Made by a program: the position numbers and the translations under genes. From positions 3,134 to 67,133 of the forward strand of contig DATJJE010000050.1 in the NCBI GenBank assembly GCA_035492455.1: a DNA stretch of 64,000 nt, read 5' to 3'. This document shows positions 7,599 to 17,151 of the stretch, piece by piece. How positions within the stretch are numbered: position 1 is the first letter of the stretch; each line of letters starts with the position of its first letter. Origin of the DNA: Vicinamibacterales bacterium. Lineage in GTDB: Bacteria > Acidobacteriota > Vicinamibacteria > Vicinamibacterales > UBA2999. Under the pieces are notes generated by a model. That model searched no databases. It worked only from the letters and a program-made list of their open reading frames with translations, and was not told where the DNA came from.

Positions 7599-9516
7599 AG
7601 GCGGTCAATGGGAAATGGTTGATGAAGCGGTCAACGATTAGCTGTGTCGAAATGATGCCGACGAGGGCCATGTCATCTGCCGCGCCAAGCGTCTCGCGCC
7701 CGCGGCACTTGTTGACGAGGCCTGCGACGGAAGACGCATCGAAGATGCCGCCGCGGCGCAGCTGCGACGGTTCGAGAAGATCCGCGACGTAGTCGTTCTT
7801 CGAGGTGAGGAACACTTTGGCGCCAGGTGCGCGGTAGGGCTGTTTCGACCGGCGCCAGATCTCGGTCGGGACGAGCGTCCGCACTGCCTGCTTGAGCAGG
7901 AACTTCTCGTTGAGCGCTCTCATCTTCAGAGTGGGCGGCAGCGTTGACGCGAACGCCACGACGTCGGGATCCAGGAACGGGAAGCGGCTTTCAACGCCGT
8001 GCGCCATGGCGACGCGATCGCCTTGCGACGACAGGATGAAGCCTGGCAGCAGCTGCTTCATCTCGAGGTACTGGCTCTGACAGAACGGATCCCATTCATC
8101 GAACGCGTCAGGCAGCTTTGCGACGAGCTCCGCTCGGCCGTCGAACGCACCAATCGCCGACTTCACGTCGTCGGACAGGAACATCTTCAGACGCGACGTG
8201 ACGCGCCACCGCGGCAGATGCGAGAAGCACGGGTCGCGGAGGTCATCGCGGTCATCAGCGAAGAAGGCGCGCAGCGATGCAGCCGGTTGCCGCTGCAGCG
8301 ACGGCAGATACGGATAGAGGCGTTTCGCGAGTGCGGCACGCCGGAGCGAGTGCGGGAAGCGCGCCCATAAGCGCCGCAGTTTCGCCTCCTTGAAGATGTC
8401 GTAGCCGCCAAACACCTCGTCGGCGCCTTCGCCGGTGAGGACCACCTTGTAGCCGTCCGCGCGCACCATCTGCGCGAGCAGATACAACGGGCCGGGAGAC
8501 GTGCGCAGTTGTGTCGTCTCGGCGTGCCAGACGACGTCGGGCATGACGCGCGCGATGTCGTCAGCCGTGCAGCGCAGCTCGCGATGCTCGGTCCCGAGCG
8601 CGGCAACGACCTGCCGCTGATGCGCGCTCTCGTCGAACTCAGCGTCTGAGAACGCAATCGAGAACGTTCGCACGGGTGTGCGCGAGACGCGCGTTGCCAG
8701 CGAGGTGACAACTGCGGAGTCCAGTCCGCCGCTTACATAGGCCCCGACGGGAACGTCGGAGCGCAGGCGCAGCTTCGTCGCGCTCGTCAGGAGATCGACG
8801 AGCTGCTCGCACTCTTCGTCGGCACGGGCGTGTAGACGGGGAGCGAACGTTGGTTCCCAGTGCCGCTCGATCCTGATCTCTCCGTCGCGCCACGTCAGTG
8901 AATGTCCAGGCGGAAGCTCGTGGATTCCTTTGAAGATCGTTCGCGGCGCCGCGGTTGTCCAGAAGGTGAAGATGTTGTCGAGGCCGAGAGGATCGATTTC
9001 GCGCGACACGCCCGGATGCGCGAACAGCGCTTTGATCTCGGAAGCGAACAGGAACTCCGCACCGCACCGCGTGTAGAAGAGCGGACGTACGCCCAGACGA
9101 TCGCGTGACAGGAAGAGCGTGTGCTCGCGCGAATTCCAGATGCCGAACGCCCATTGACCGTTGAGTCGGCGCACCGCGTCCGCGCCCAGCTCTTCGTAGA
9201 GATGCAGCAGGACTTCCGTATCGGATAGGCTTGCGAAATGGTGACCGCGCACGCGCAGCGCGTCGCGCAGTTCAACGTAGTTGAAGATCTCGCCGTTGAA
9301 CGTGATCCAGAGCGATCCGTCTGCGTTGGACATCGGCTGCGCGCCGCCGGCGAGATCGATCACGCTCAGGCGCGCATGCGCCAGACAGGCATCGGGCTCG
9401 ATGTGCACGCCGCGATCGTCCGGACCGCGGTGATCGAGCACGCCGATCATGGCCGCCACACGTGTCGGGTCGATGCTGTATCCCCGCGCCGCGCACACGC
9501 CCGCGATGCCGCACAT
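7555..9516 (-). CDS. Asparagine synthase-family glutamine amidotransferase (AsnB-like)
   Basis: 653-aa ORF. N-terminal nucleophile MCGIAG and Ntn-GATase domain; synthetase-domain PP-loop YVSGGLDSAVV. Its 3' end overlaps the ACP start by 44 nt. Confidence 0.9.
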   Translation of the reverse strand: MCGIAGVCAARGYSIDPTRVAAMIGVLDHRGPDDRGVHIEPDACLAHARLSVIDLAGGAQPMSNADGSLWITFNGEIFNYVELRDALRVRGHHFASLSDTEVLLHLYEELGADAVRRLNGQWAFGIWNSREHTLFLSRDRLGVRPLFYTRCGAEFLFASEIKALFAHPGVSREIDPLGLDNIFTFWTTAAPRTIFKGIHELPPGHSLTWRDGEIRIERHWEPTFAPRLHARADEECEQLVDLLTSATKLRLRSDVPVGAYVSGGLDSAVVTSLATRVSRTPVRTFSIAFSDAEFDESAHQRQVVAALGTEHRELRCTADDIARVMPDVVWHAETTQLRTSPGPLYLLAQMVRADGYKVVLTGEGADEVFGGYDIFKEAKLRRLWARFPHSLRRAALAKRLYPYLPSLQRQPAASLRAFFADDRDDLRDPCFSHLPRWRVTSRLKMFLSDDVKSAIGAFDGRAELVAKLPDAFDEWDPFCQSQYLEMKQLLPGFILSSQGDRVAMAHGVESRFPFLDPDVVAFASTLPPTLKMRALNEKFLLKQAVRTLVPTEIWRRSKQPYRAPGAKVFLTSKNDYVADLLEPSQLRRGGIFDASSVAGLVNKCRGRETLGAADDMALVGIISTQLIVDRFINHFPLTAYGSSYSGTAHIHRR

Positions 9517-9601
9517 GCCGGCTCAGGCTTGAGCAAAGCCGCAGCCAGCCTTTTAGGCCGTCAATTGCGCTCAATAGAGGAAGCGACTGCCACTTAGTGC
9601 C

Positions 9602-10513
9602 ATGACCATGCCCACAGCCGCGCTTAGCGGAATCTTTTTACTGGGTGGAGACCTGCCCGTTCATCGACTTGGATTCGGTGCCATGCGCATCACCGGTCCC
9701 GGCATCTGGGGACCGCCGGCCGACCGTACGGAAGCGATCGCCACGTTGCGGCGCGCCATCGACCTCGAGATCAATCTGATTGACACCGCGGAGGCGTACG
9801 GACCGGGCGTGAGTGAGGAATTGATCGCCGAGGCGCTCTATCCCTATCCGACGGACCTCGTGATTGCCACCAAGGGAGGTTTTGATCGATCAGGCCCGGA
9901 CGAATGGGAGGAGAACGCGCGTCCCTCGCGGCTGCGCGAGGAGCTCGATGGCAGCCTGCGCCGGCTGCGCGTCGCTCGCATCGACTTGTATCAGCTTCAC
10001 CGCATCGATCCGAAGGTACCGGAGGAAGACCAGTTCGGCTTTCTCCAGGATGCGCAGCGGCAGGGAAAGATTCGCCACATTGGTTTGTCAGAGGTGGGCA
10101 TCGACGAGATCGAACGGGCGCGGCGTTTCTTTCCGGTCGTCTCGGTGCAGAACCGCTACAACCTCGTCGATCGCGAATGGGAGGAAGTGGTGGACTACTG
10201 CGAGCGCGAACAGATCGCGTTCATCCCGTGGTATCCGCTCCAGGCCGGTGAAGTCGCGAAGAGCGGGTTGAAGCAGGGCGTGCGGAAGCTGCTCGGACGC
10301 GCGCCGGCAACCCACCGCGACGTCGGGAGCATTGGCAAACGGCATAACGCCACGCCGTCGCAAGTGGCGCTGGCGTGGCTGCTGCGCCGCGCGTCCGTGA
10401 TGTTGCCCATTCCCGGCACATCCAAGCGCAAGCATTTGGAAGAAAACGTCGCCGCTGCCGCCATCCAGCTGCCGGACGAGGAGGTAAGAGATTTGCTGGG
10501 CGCGCGTGTGTGA
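9602..10513 (+). CDS. Aldo/keto reductase
   Basis: 303-aa ORF with the AKR pattern GFGAMRITG ... [16 protein letters not shown] ... [10 protein letters not shown] ... IRHIGLSEV. Confidence 0.85.
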   Translation: MTMPTAALSGIFLLGGDLPVHRLGFGAMRITGPGIWGPPADRTEAIATLRRAIDLEINLIDTAEAYGPGVSEELIAEALYPYPTDLVIATKGGFDRSGPDEWEENARPSRLREELDGSLRRLRVARIDLYQLHRIDPKVPEEDQFGFLQDAQRQGKIRHIGLSEVGIDEIERARRFFPVVSVQNRYNLVDREWEEVVDYCEREQIAFIPWYPLQAGEVAKSGLKQGVRKLLGRAPATHRDVGSIGKRHNATPSQVALAWLLRRASVMLPIPGTSKRKHLEENVAAAAIQLPDEEVRDLLGARV

Positions 10514-12372
10514 CTCCACGTACGCTCGTGACGTTTATCTTAGCGGCGATCTGCCTGTTCGTTTTTACATCGTCGTCTCGCGCGCAAACGCCGATTACGT
10601 GGACGAATCTGGTCAACGTTGCGGTGAATGGAAGCGACATTCAGAAGACGGCCGGTTGTGACGGCTGCCCCGATGCCGGGGCCACGTCGGTCGAACAGCT
10701 CAGCAGTGACGGTTACATCGAGTTCACGGTGGGCGAACTGAACACGATGTGGATGGCCGGGCTCAGCTACGGCAACGACGACACCACCTACACCGACATC
10801 GATTTCGGATTCCGCTTCAACGGCGCCGGCTACGCCGATGTTCTCGAGAACGGAATCTACGCAGGCGGCGACACCACCTATGCGGCGGGTGACGTGTTCC
10901 GCATCTCGATTGCGAACGGTCACGTCGAGTACAGCCAGAACGGCCGCTACCTGATGGAAAGCGCGCACGTTCCGCAGATGCCGCTGCTTCTCGATTCGTC
11001 GCTGCTCAGCATGGGGGCGACGATTCGAAATGCGGTCATCGCTGTCGCGCCGCCACCGCCTGCCGGAGGAGGGTTCACCGAGAAGTCTGGATCTCCCCAG
11101 CTGCGTGCCCGATTTACCACGGGACAGATTCAGTCATTTCTGCCCGCCGGCGGAGCAAAAGGGAAGTTCGCCTTTCCCGCGCCGTACAACACCGATGCCG
11201 TTCGCTTGACCAATGCGAGCGACTGCTCCGGCGGCGCCGATTGTCTGTGGTATGTCGGCTACTCCTATTGGCGCAACATCAACAACCATGTCGGCAGCAA
11301 CGACATGTACATCTTCCTCGGCACCGACACGAACCGCGGTGGTGTCGGCCCGATCCTGATTCGCTACGACAAGACAACCGATGAAGTGCAGACCCTGGGG
11401 CCGCTGTTCGACAGCAGCAGTCCGTATCACTACGCCACCGGCGAGGGCTGGTACTTCAGCGCGACGCAGCCGACCACGCTCTATGCCTTCGTCGTTGGCG
11501 GGACGCAGCTGCGCCGCTACGACATCCTTACGCGCCAGTTCGATCCAGCGCCGGCGCTCGATCTGAACGCCTGTCCGCGGCCGAAGGTGTGTCCGTCGAG
11601 TGCGACCTACATTGGCCAGCCGCATTCGAGTGACGACGATCGCGTGCACTCGGCAACGGTGCAGAACGCCAATTGGCAAAGAATCGGATGCGTCGTATCG
11701 CAGCCGTCCGGCTTTCGCTACTACGCTCCGCCCGGAGGGTTCCTCTTCGACGAATGCCACGTCGACAAGTCCGGCCGCTGGCTGATGATGCTCGACAACC
11801 GTCCCGACGGCACGCGCATCAACCAGATTGTCGATCTCCGCACGGGGACGAAAACTACCGTAGATGGGACGGACGGGGCGCTCGGCCATCTCGACATGGG
11901 CTATGGCTATGCCGTCGGCGCCGACACGTACAACGCGCTGCCGAACGCGACCATTCTCCTGAAATTCCCGCTGACCACCACGCATCGACCAATCGGTCCG
12001 GTGGTGCATTACAACAAGCGCTGGGACATTGCCGCGGCCAACCACATCGCGCACGGCAACGCGGTCAATGCACCCCCCGAATCGCAGTACGCCTGCGGCA
12101 GCAACGCGAGCACCACGCCTGACATGGCGGACGAGATCGTCTGCTTCTCGCTGAATCCGAACCGCAACTCCGACGGTTCGCTCGACGTCCTCGTCGTCGG
12201 CCAGGTGATGACGGACCTGAACGCCACCGGCGGCGGCTCGGACGACTACTCGAAGCGACCGAAGGGAAATCTGGACGTAACCGGCCGCTATTTCATCTGG
12301 ACGACGAATCTGGGTGGCAATCGGCTGGATGCGTTCATCGTCAAGATTCCGCCCTCCACAATCACTCCATAA
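10510..12372 (+). CDS. Secreted hypothetical protein (N-terminal jelly-roll/lectin-like region plus large beta-rich region)
   Basis: The track ORF begins at 10375 inside the AKR gene. The plausible start is GTG 10510, overlapping the AKR stop (GTGTGA). This gives [27 protein letters not shown] (signal peptide). Domain assignments are tentative and by eye. Confidence 0.65.
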   Translation: MTPRTLVTFILAAICLFVFTSSSRAQTPITWTNLVNVAVNGSDIQKTAGCDGCPDAGATSVEQLSSDGYIEFTVGELNTMWMAGLSYGNDDTTYTDIDFGFRFNGAGYADVLENGIYAGGDTTYAAGDVFRISIANGHVEYSQNGRYLMESAHVPQMPLLLDSSLLSMGATIRNAVIAVAPPPPAGGGFTEKSGSPQLRARFTTGQIQSFLPAGGAKGKFAFPAPYNTDAVRLTNASDCSGGADCLWYVGYSYWRNINNHVGSNDMYIFLGTDTNRGGVGPILIRYDKTTDEVQTLGPLFDSSSPYHYATGEGWYFSATQPTTLYAFVVGGTQLRRYDILTRQFDPAPALDLNACPRPKVCPSSATYIGQPHSSDDDRVHSATVQNANWQRIGCVVSQPSGFRYYAPPGGFLFDECHVDKSGRWLMMLDNRPDGTRINQIVDLRTGTKTTVDGTDGALGHLDMGYGYAVGADTYNALPNATILLKFPLTTTHRPIGPVVHYNKRWDIAAANHIAHGNAVNAPPESQYACGSNASTTPDMADEIVCFSLNPNRNSDGSLDVLVVGQVMTDLNATGGGSDDYSKRPKGNLDVTGRYFIWTTNLGGNRLDAFIVKIPPSTITP

Positions 12373-12397
12373 TTTGCTCGTACGATAGACGGCAGGG

Positions 12398-13075
12398 ATG
12401 AAAACCATCCTTGTCGTGGACGATGAGCCGTCGATCGCGCAGATCGCAGGGGATTATTTGCGCCACGGCGGCTTCGGTGTGATCACCGCGACCAACGGCG
12501 TCGAGGCGCTGGCGCTGGCGCGCGCGCAGCGGCCCGACCTGATCGTCCTTGACCTCGGATTGCCGCGGATGGACGGCATCGAGGTCGCCAGGACGCTGCG
12601 GCGTGAAGGCAATGTGCCGATCATCATGCTGACCGCACGCATCGAGGAGTCCGATCGCCTCGCCGGTCTCGAACTCGGCGCCGACGACTACATGACAAAG
12701 CCTTTCAGCCCGCGCGAGCTGGTGGCACGGGTCAAATCGGTGCTGCGTCGCGTCGATGCGGCCGGCGCAGGCGGTGATGTGGTACGGCGCGGAGATCTGC
12801 TCATCGACAACACGCGCATGCAGGTGTCGCGCAACGGCACGCCGCTCGATTTGACAGCCACGGAGTTCCAGCTGTTTGCGGCGCTCGCGCGGCAACCTGG
12901 GCGCATCTTCACGCGCGCACAGCTGCTCGATGCTGTGCACGGCACCGACGTGGAAGCGTTCGAACGCGCCATCGATACGCACATCAAGAACATCCGGCGC
13001 AAGGTGGAACCGGATCCACGCAGCCCGAAGTACGTCCTCACCATCTACGGAATGGGCTACAAGTTCGCGGAATGA
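12398..13075 (+). CDS. OmpR-family response regulator
   Basis: 225-aa ORF. Receiver domain (ILVVDDEP ... DLIVLDLGLPRMDG ... TKPFSPREL) plus a winged-helix output domain (TEFQLFAALA ... YGMGYKF). Confidence 0.9.
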   Translation: MKTILVVDDEPSIAQIAGDYLRHGGFGVITATNGVEALALARAQRPDLIVLDLGLPRMDGIEVARTLRREGNVPIIMLTARIEESDRLAGLELGADDYMTKPFSPRELVARVKSVLRRVDAAGAGGDVVRRGDLLIDNTRMQVSRNGTPLDLTATEFQLFAALARQPGRIFTRAQLLDAVHGTDVEAFERAIDTHIKNIRRKVEPDPRSPKYVLTIYGMGYKFAE

Positions 13076-14193
13076 AGGACGACTGGGGACATCACTTGCG
13101 TCCACGGCCGCGGCCACTCTGGTGGCCCGACAACGAGCCATGGCCGCCGCGCTTCGGGCGGCGCTGGCGCAATCGACGCACGAGGTTCGAGCGTCGATTC
13201 ATCGCGCTCGTCTGGATTGGTGTCTTCCTCATCTTTGCCGGCGTAAACACGCTGTTGTCGTGGCTGTTCCCCGACATTCACCTGATCGGACCGTCGATCC
13301 GATCCGTGCGGCCGCTGTTCGTGCTGTTCTGGGTCTTCGTCATCTTCACGTTCGTCATCCCCGCGATCCGCCGCTTCGGTTCGCCGCTCGGGGGCATCGT
13401 CGAAGCGGCCGATCGGGTGGCGGACGGCGACTATTCGGTCCGCGTGTCCGAGTACGGACCAGGCTGGATGCGTACCATCGCGCACGCATTCAACAGCATG
13501 ACGAGCAAGCTGCAGTCGCAGGACCAGCAGAGGCGGCATCTGATGGCGGACATCGCCCACGAACTTCGCAATCCGCTCGCTGCCCTGCAGGGAAGGCTCG
13601 AGGGGATGCTGGACGGCGTCTATCCTCGAGACGAGGCGCAAATCAACGCCGTGCTTCAGGAAACCCAGATGTTGACGCGCCTGGTCGACGACCTGCGCAC
13701 GCTCGCGCACAGCGAAAGCGGCACGCTGGCGCTGCAGAAGGAGTCAACGGACATGGGCGTGCTCGTCAACGACGCGGTGACCGCATTCTCCGCCGATGCC
13801 GCCGAGCGGAAGGTAACGCTCGACGTTCAGGCAGCTTCCGACCTTCCGCTCATGGAAGTCGATCCGCTGCGCATCCGTGAGGTGTTGACGAACCTGATTT
13901 CCAACGCGCTGCGCCATACACCAGAGGGCGGCCGTGTCACCGTCGCGGGGTCATCGACTTCGGAGTCCGTTGTCCTGTCGGTCAGCGATACCGGATCGGG
14001 CATCCCGGCAACGGAGCTGCCGAAGATCTTCGATCGGTTTTACAAGGGCCGCGCGTCTCGCGGATCGGGGCTGGGCCTCACGATCGCGCGCAACCTGGTC
14101 GTGGCACACGGCGGCGAGATCCACGCCGACAGCGTCGAAGGGAGGGGGACAGTTATTTCGATTCGCCTGCCACTGCGCCCGCGCCAATCGTGA
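13072..14193 (+). CDS. Sensor histidine kinase (two TM segments, HAMP, HisKA, HATPase)
   Basis: 373-aa ORF with an ATGA overlap with the regulator gene. H-box HELRNPLAAL, N-box LISNALRHT, G-boxes DTGSGI and GSGLGLTIA. The loop between the TM segments is very short. Confidence 0.9.
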   Translation: MKDDWGHHLRPRPRPLWWPDNEPWPPRFGRRWRNRRTRFERRFIALVWIGVFLIFAGVNTLLSWLFPDIHLIGPSIRSVRPLFVLFWVFVIFTFVIPAIRRFGSPLGGIVEAADRVADGDYSVRVSEYGPGWMRTIAHAFNSMTSKLQSQDQQRRHLMADIAHELRNPLAALQGRLEGMLDGVYPRDEAQINAVLQETQMLTRLVDDLRTLAHSESGTLALQKESTDMGVLVNDAVTAFSADAAERKVTLDVQAASDLPLMEVDPLRIREVLTNLISNALRHTPEGGRVTVAGSSTSESVVLSVSDTGSGIPATELPKIFDRFYKGRASRGSGLGLTIARNLVVAHGGEIHADSVEGRGTVISIRLPLRPRQS

Positions 14194-14548
14194 TTGTTTT
14201 GCCATTCGCGAACGTCGCCTTGCCGCTTGTCGCGGTCGGCGTGCCATTGCGTGCGAGAAAACCATCGATGGTAATCTGAGCGCCGGCGGGAAAGTCCTCG
14301 GGCCGCGTGCCGCGACGGTAGAGGGCGTTGGCGGCGGCCGTTTCGAACGCCCAGTTCACCACTTTACCGTCCTCGCCCTTCACGTCGATGTAGATCCAGC
14401 CGTGCGGGTTCGACCAGCGCACCATCGTGATGGTGCCGGTCAAGGTAATCGGCTTGTTGATATCGAATTCGGCGGTGAAGGAATGATGCGCGGACACAGG
14501 TAATGCCCACGCGCAGAGCAGCAGAATGGCAATCCCTAGTCTCTTCAC
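14153..14548 (-). CDS. Secreted DUF6152-like small protein
   Basis: The track ORF extends to 14665. The likely start is GTG 14546-14548, overlapping the upstream stop (GTGA). This gives VKRLGIAILLLCAWALPVSAHHSFTAEFD ... WSNPHGWIYIDV. Confidence 0.65.
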   Translation of the reverse strand: MKRLGIAILLLCAWALPVSAHHSFTAEFDINKPITLTGTITMVRWSNPHGWIYIDVKGEDGKVVNWAFETAAANALYRRGTRPEDFPAGAQITIDGFLARNGTPTATSGKATFANGKTITIGAGAVAGESK

Positions 14549-17079
14549 TTGACGCTCCCGTCCCGCACGTCTTTCAGGTGCAACAGATCCTGATTGTCCT
14601 CCAGACACGCCACTTCGAGGAGCTCGCCCTTTGGATTGCGCTTCAGCGGCATGGCGATTGTCCACGGACGGGTGAACACGACCGGGTCGCTGACCGTGGC
14701 CTGGTACTGGATCGTATTACCGCTGACAGGCGTGAACCGCTCGACGACGGTGGCGGCGTAGCTGATCACGTCGCCCACTTCGTTCAGCCACGTCTTGCCA
14801 TTCAGGTTCGTCGTCTCGACGACCAGCGTGTCGCCGTCCCATCGGCCGATCGAGTCTCCCTGCCAGAGGCGGATGGTATCGGGCAGGTGCGTGCGCCTGT
14901 CGAGCGGGATGATGCGCCACGACATGCGCTCGAGCAGGATGACGACATGAGTCGGCGTCTGGATGATGTAGAACGGCGAAGGAACGTAGAGCGACCGAGG
15001 CACGCCGCCTGGGAAGCAGTGTGCGGTCGGGTCGTCGTAGCCGCGCGCCGGATTCGCGTAGCGATCCTGCCTCTCGGCGCGTGCCCAGTCCTGATATGGC
15101 ATCCCGCCGGATTTCGGATCGATCAGCACCCCGCGTCCGCCGGGCGTAAACGGTTCATGGTGCGGTTCGAATCCCCAGTTCGCCCCGCCCGCGTCGGCTT
15201 CCGTGAACCCTGAGATGTCAGGCTTGCCGTCGGCCATGCGCGGCAGCGTCCTCTCGGGTGCGCTGGGCGTCTCTGCGGCCGAGCCCTGCGCGGCGGGAAA
15301 TGGTTTTACCGGCGGCGCATCTTTGCGGTACCAGGTACGCGTGTCTGGTTTGAAATCGCCGCGCGCCTCTTCCAAGTCGGCGCGGCACTGATGCTCGAGG
15401 ATGCGGCCCATCGTGTTGTTCGCCTGACGCACGAGCGGTGTCGTCATGGTCCACGGCCGAGCGAACACTTTCGGATCCTCGATCGTTGCCTCGTAGCGAA
15501 TCGTGTCGCGATCCACCAGCGTGTAGCGCTCCGTGACGCGCAGCGCATCGCTGTGGTAATCACCGCGATCGTTGAACCACGTCTGGTCGTTGTGGTTCGT
15601 CACGTCCACGACAAGTGTGTCGCCGTCCCAGCGGCCGCGCGAGTCGCCCATCCAGAAGGGGAGCGGCGTCGAGGCTTTGGTGCCGTTGGTGTAAATCAGT
15701 CTGAACACCTGCTGCCATGCGAACGTGAAGGCAACCGCATCGCGCGTCTGAAAGACCTGGAACGGATAGTCCAGGTACATGATGCGTGGGACGCCAGCCA
15801 GGAAACATTCGGCGAGCGGATCGGCAGTGGTGCGCTGCGCGAAGTTGTCACGCTGCTTTGCGGCGGCAGCGGGCAGGTAAGGAAGCATGCCGAAGTCCGG
15901 CATGGCCGCACGTTTCCAGATCCCTTGCAGGTCCGGCTTGCCATCAGAGGTTCGCGGAATCGTCTGCGCAGTCGTCTGGGTCGCCGCCGCGCGCACGTAT
16001 TTCTTCACTGCCTTCGGCCCGACCTCGGCCCCGTAGACATTGCCGTCCGCATCCGCCGCCACACCTTCAGCAGCGCTTGTGCCGGTCGCCTTGTCAACCG
16101 GATCAGGAATGAAAGCCGTGACCGAACCATCACGGGCGCTCCCGATGCGGATGCCGCGCTTCCATCCATCATGATTGCGCGACACCGACTCGGACTCCGA
16201 ATCCGCGACGTACATCACATCGCGCTTGTCGATGTAGATGCCGCTCGGACGGCTGAACTGTCGCCACACATCGAGCTGTTTGCCGTCCTGATCGAAGATG
16301 ACGATGCGATTGTTGCTGCGGTCGCCGACGAACAGACGGCCGCGCGAATCCATCGCGAGCGCGTGCGGCCCGTCAAGTTGCCCGCCGCCGGAGCCCTTCG
16401 TGCCCCACATTTTCAGGAGCTTCCCGTCCTTCGAAAATTTGAGGATGCGCGAGTTCGCGCCACCGTGTCCTTCAGACACGAAGATTGTTCCATTGGGCGC
16501 GACGAGGACGTCGTTTGGCTGGTAGAAGTAGCCGGGCGCCGCGGCGCCGCCGCGCGTGCCGAGCGTCATCAGCAGCTTTCCGTCGGGACTGAACTTGAAG
16601 ACTTGATTGCCGCGCGTTGCACCTGGCGGTGGTCCAAAGAGCGTGTTCGCCGCAGTACCCTGCGGGCGCGGCGCGTCGTCTTGTCCGTCGGTGACCCAGA
16701 CGTTGCCGTCGCGGTCAACGAAGATACCGTGTGGAAAGAGCAGCAGGCCCTCGCCGAAACTTTTTACGAGCTTGCCGGACGGATCGAACTTCAGAATCGA
16801 GGGGAGATTTGATCCCGCGCACGAGTTGGTGCCGCAACGCTCGCCGACCCAGATGCTGCGCCCGTCTTTGTCGATCTCCACCGCGCTCGTCGATCCCCAC
16901 TCACGTCCGTCGGGCAGCTTGAAATAGTTCGCGACAGTGCGATACGGGTTCGGCAGGTTGTTGGTCGGTGACGCGTCCGCCTGCGCAGCTGGCCGCGCCG
17001 AAGCCGTCAGCGAAGGCGCGAGCGCTGCCGTGATGAGCGCTGCCAGCGCGAACGTCACGAGGGCCATCTTCATGCGCAT
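14545..17079 (-). CDS. Secreted fusion protein: NHL-repeat beta-propeller plus two tandem copies of an unnamed ~200-aa two-Cys domain
   Basis: 844-aa ORF with a signal peptide. NHL-like blades (FPHGIFVDRDGNVWVTD, PNDVLVAPNGTIFVSE, PHALAMDSRGRLFVGD) cover about aa 40-365. Copy 1 spans about aa 375-570 and copy 2 about aa 613-835. Both copies contain GKPD(L/I)xG, W(M/Q)GDSxGRWDGDTLVV(D/E)xTN and RPWT. Confidence 0.85.
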   Translation of the reverse strand: MRMKMALVTFALAALITAALAPSLTASARPAAQADASPTNNLPNPYRTVANYFKLPDGREWGSTSAVEIDKDGRSIWVGERCGTNSCAGSNLPSILKFDPSGKLVKSFGEGLLLFPHGIFVDRDGNVWVTDGQDDAPRPQGTAANTLFGPPPGATRGNQVFKFSPDGKLLMTLGTRGGAAAPGYFYQPNDVLVAPNGTIFVSEGHGGANSRILKFSKDGKLLKMWGTKGSGGGQLDGPHALAMDSRGRLFVGDRSNNRIVIFDQDGKQLDVWRQFSRPSGIYIDKRDVMYVADSESESVSRNHDGWKRGIRIGSARDGSVTAFIPDPVDKATGTSAAEGVAADADGNVYGAEVGPKAVKKYVRAAATQTTAQTIPRTSDGKPDLQGIWKRAAMPDFGMLPYLPAAAAKQRDNFAQRTTADPLAECFLAGVPRIMYLDYPFQVFQTRDAVAFTFAWQQVFRLIYTNGTKASTPLPFWMGDSRGRWDGDTLVVDVTNHNDQTWFNDRGDYHSDALRVTERYTLVDRDTIRYEATIEDPKVFARPWTMTTPLVRQANNTMGRILEHQCRADLEEARGDFKPDTRTWYRKDAPPVKPFPAAQGSAAETPSAPERTLPRMADGKPDISGFTEADAGGANWGFEPHHEPFTPGGRGVLIDPKSGGMPYQDWARAERQDRYANPARGYDDPTAHCFPGGVPRSLYVPSPFYIIQTPTHVVILLERMSWRIIPLDRRTHLPDTIRLWQGDSIGRWDGDTLVVETTNLNGKTWLNEVGDVISYAATVVERFTPVSGNTIQYQATVSDPVVFTRPWTIAMPLKRNPKGELLEVACLEDNQDLLHLKDVRDGSVK

Positions 17080-17115
17080 AACCTTACCTCAGCCGTCACA
17101 TTCGTTACGGAAGTT

Positions 17116-17143
17116 TTGAGCACGCAGCGACGGCGTTTATATT
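17116..17143 (+). promoter_or_regulatory. Putative sigma70-type promoter of the kaiC-like operon (possibly near-leaderless)
   Basis: TTGAGC (17116-17121), 16-nt spacer, TATATT (17138-17143). Only 8 nt separate the -10 box from ATG 17152. Confidence 0.3.
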
Positions 17144-17151
17144 CGCATTGA

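Noticed and set aside
10375-10509. N-terminal extension of the 665-aa ORF
   Set aside because: It lies inside the AKR coding region in another frame. The signal peptide begins right after GTG 10510.
11134-12408. 424-aa minus-strand ORF (likewise 15391..16812 +, 40450..41709 -, 32626..33873 +, 35505..36425 +, 45605..46438 +, 18918..19838 -, 61945..62865 +, 63058..63954 -)
   Set aside because: All are antisense or out of frame to genes with clear motifs or signal peptides. Their R/A/G/H/D-rich composition indicates stop-codon-poor GC-rich shadow frames.
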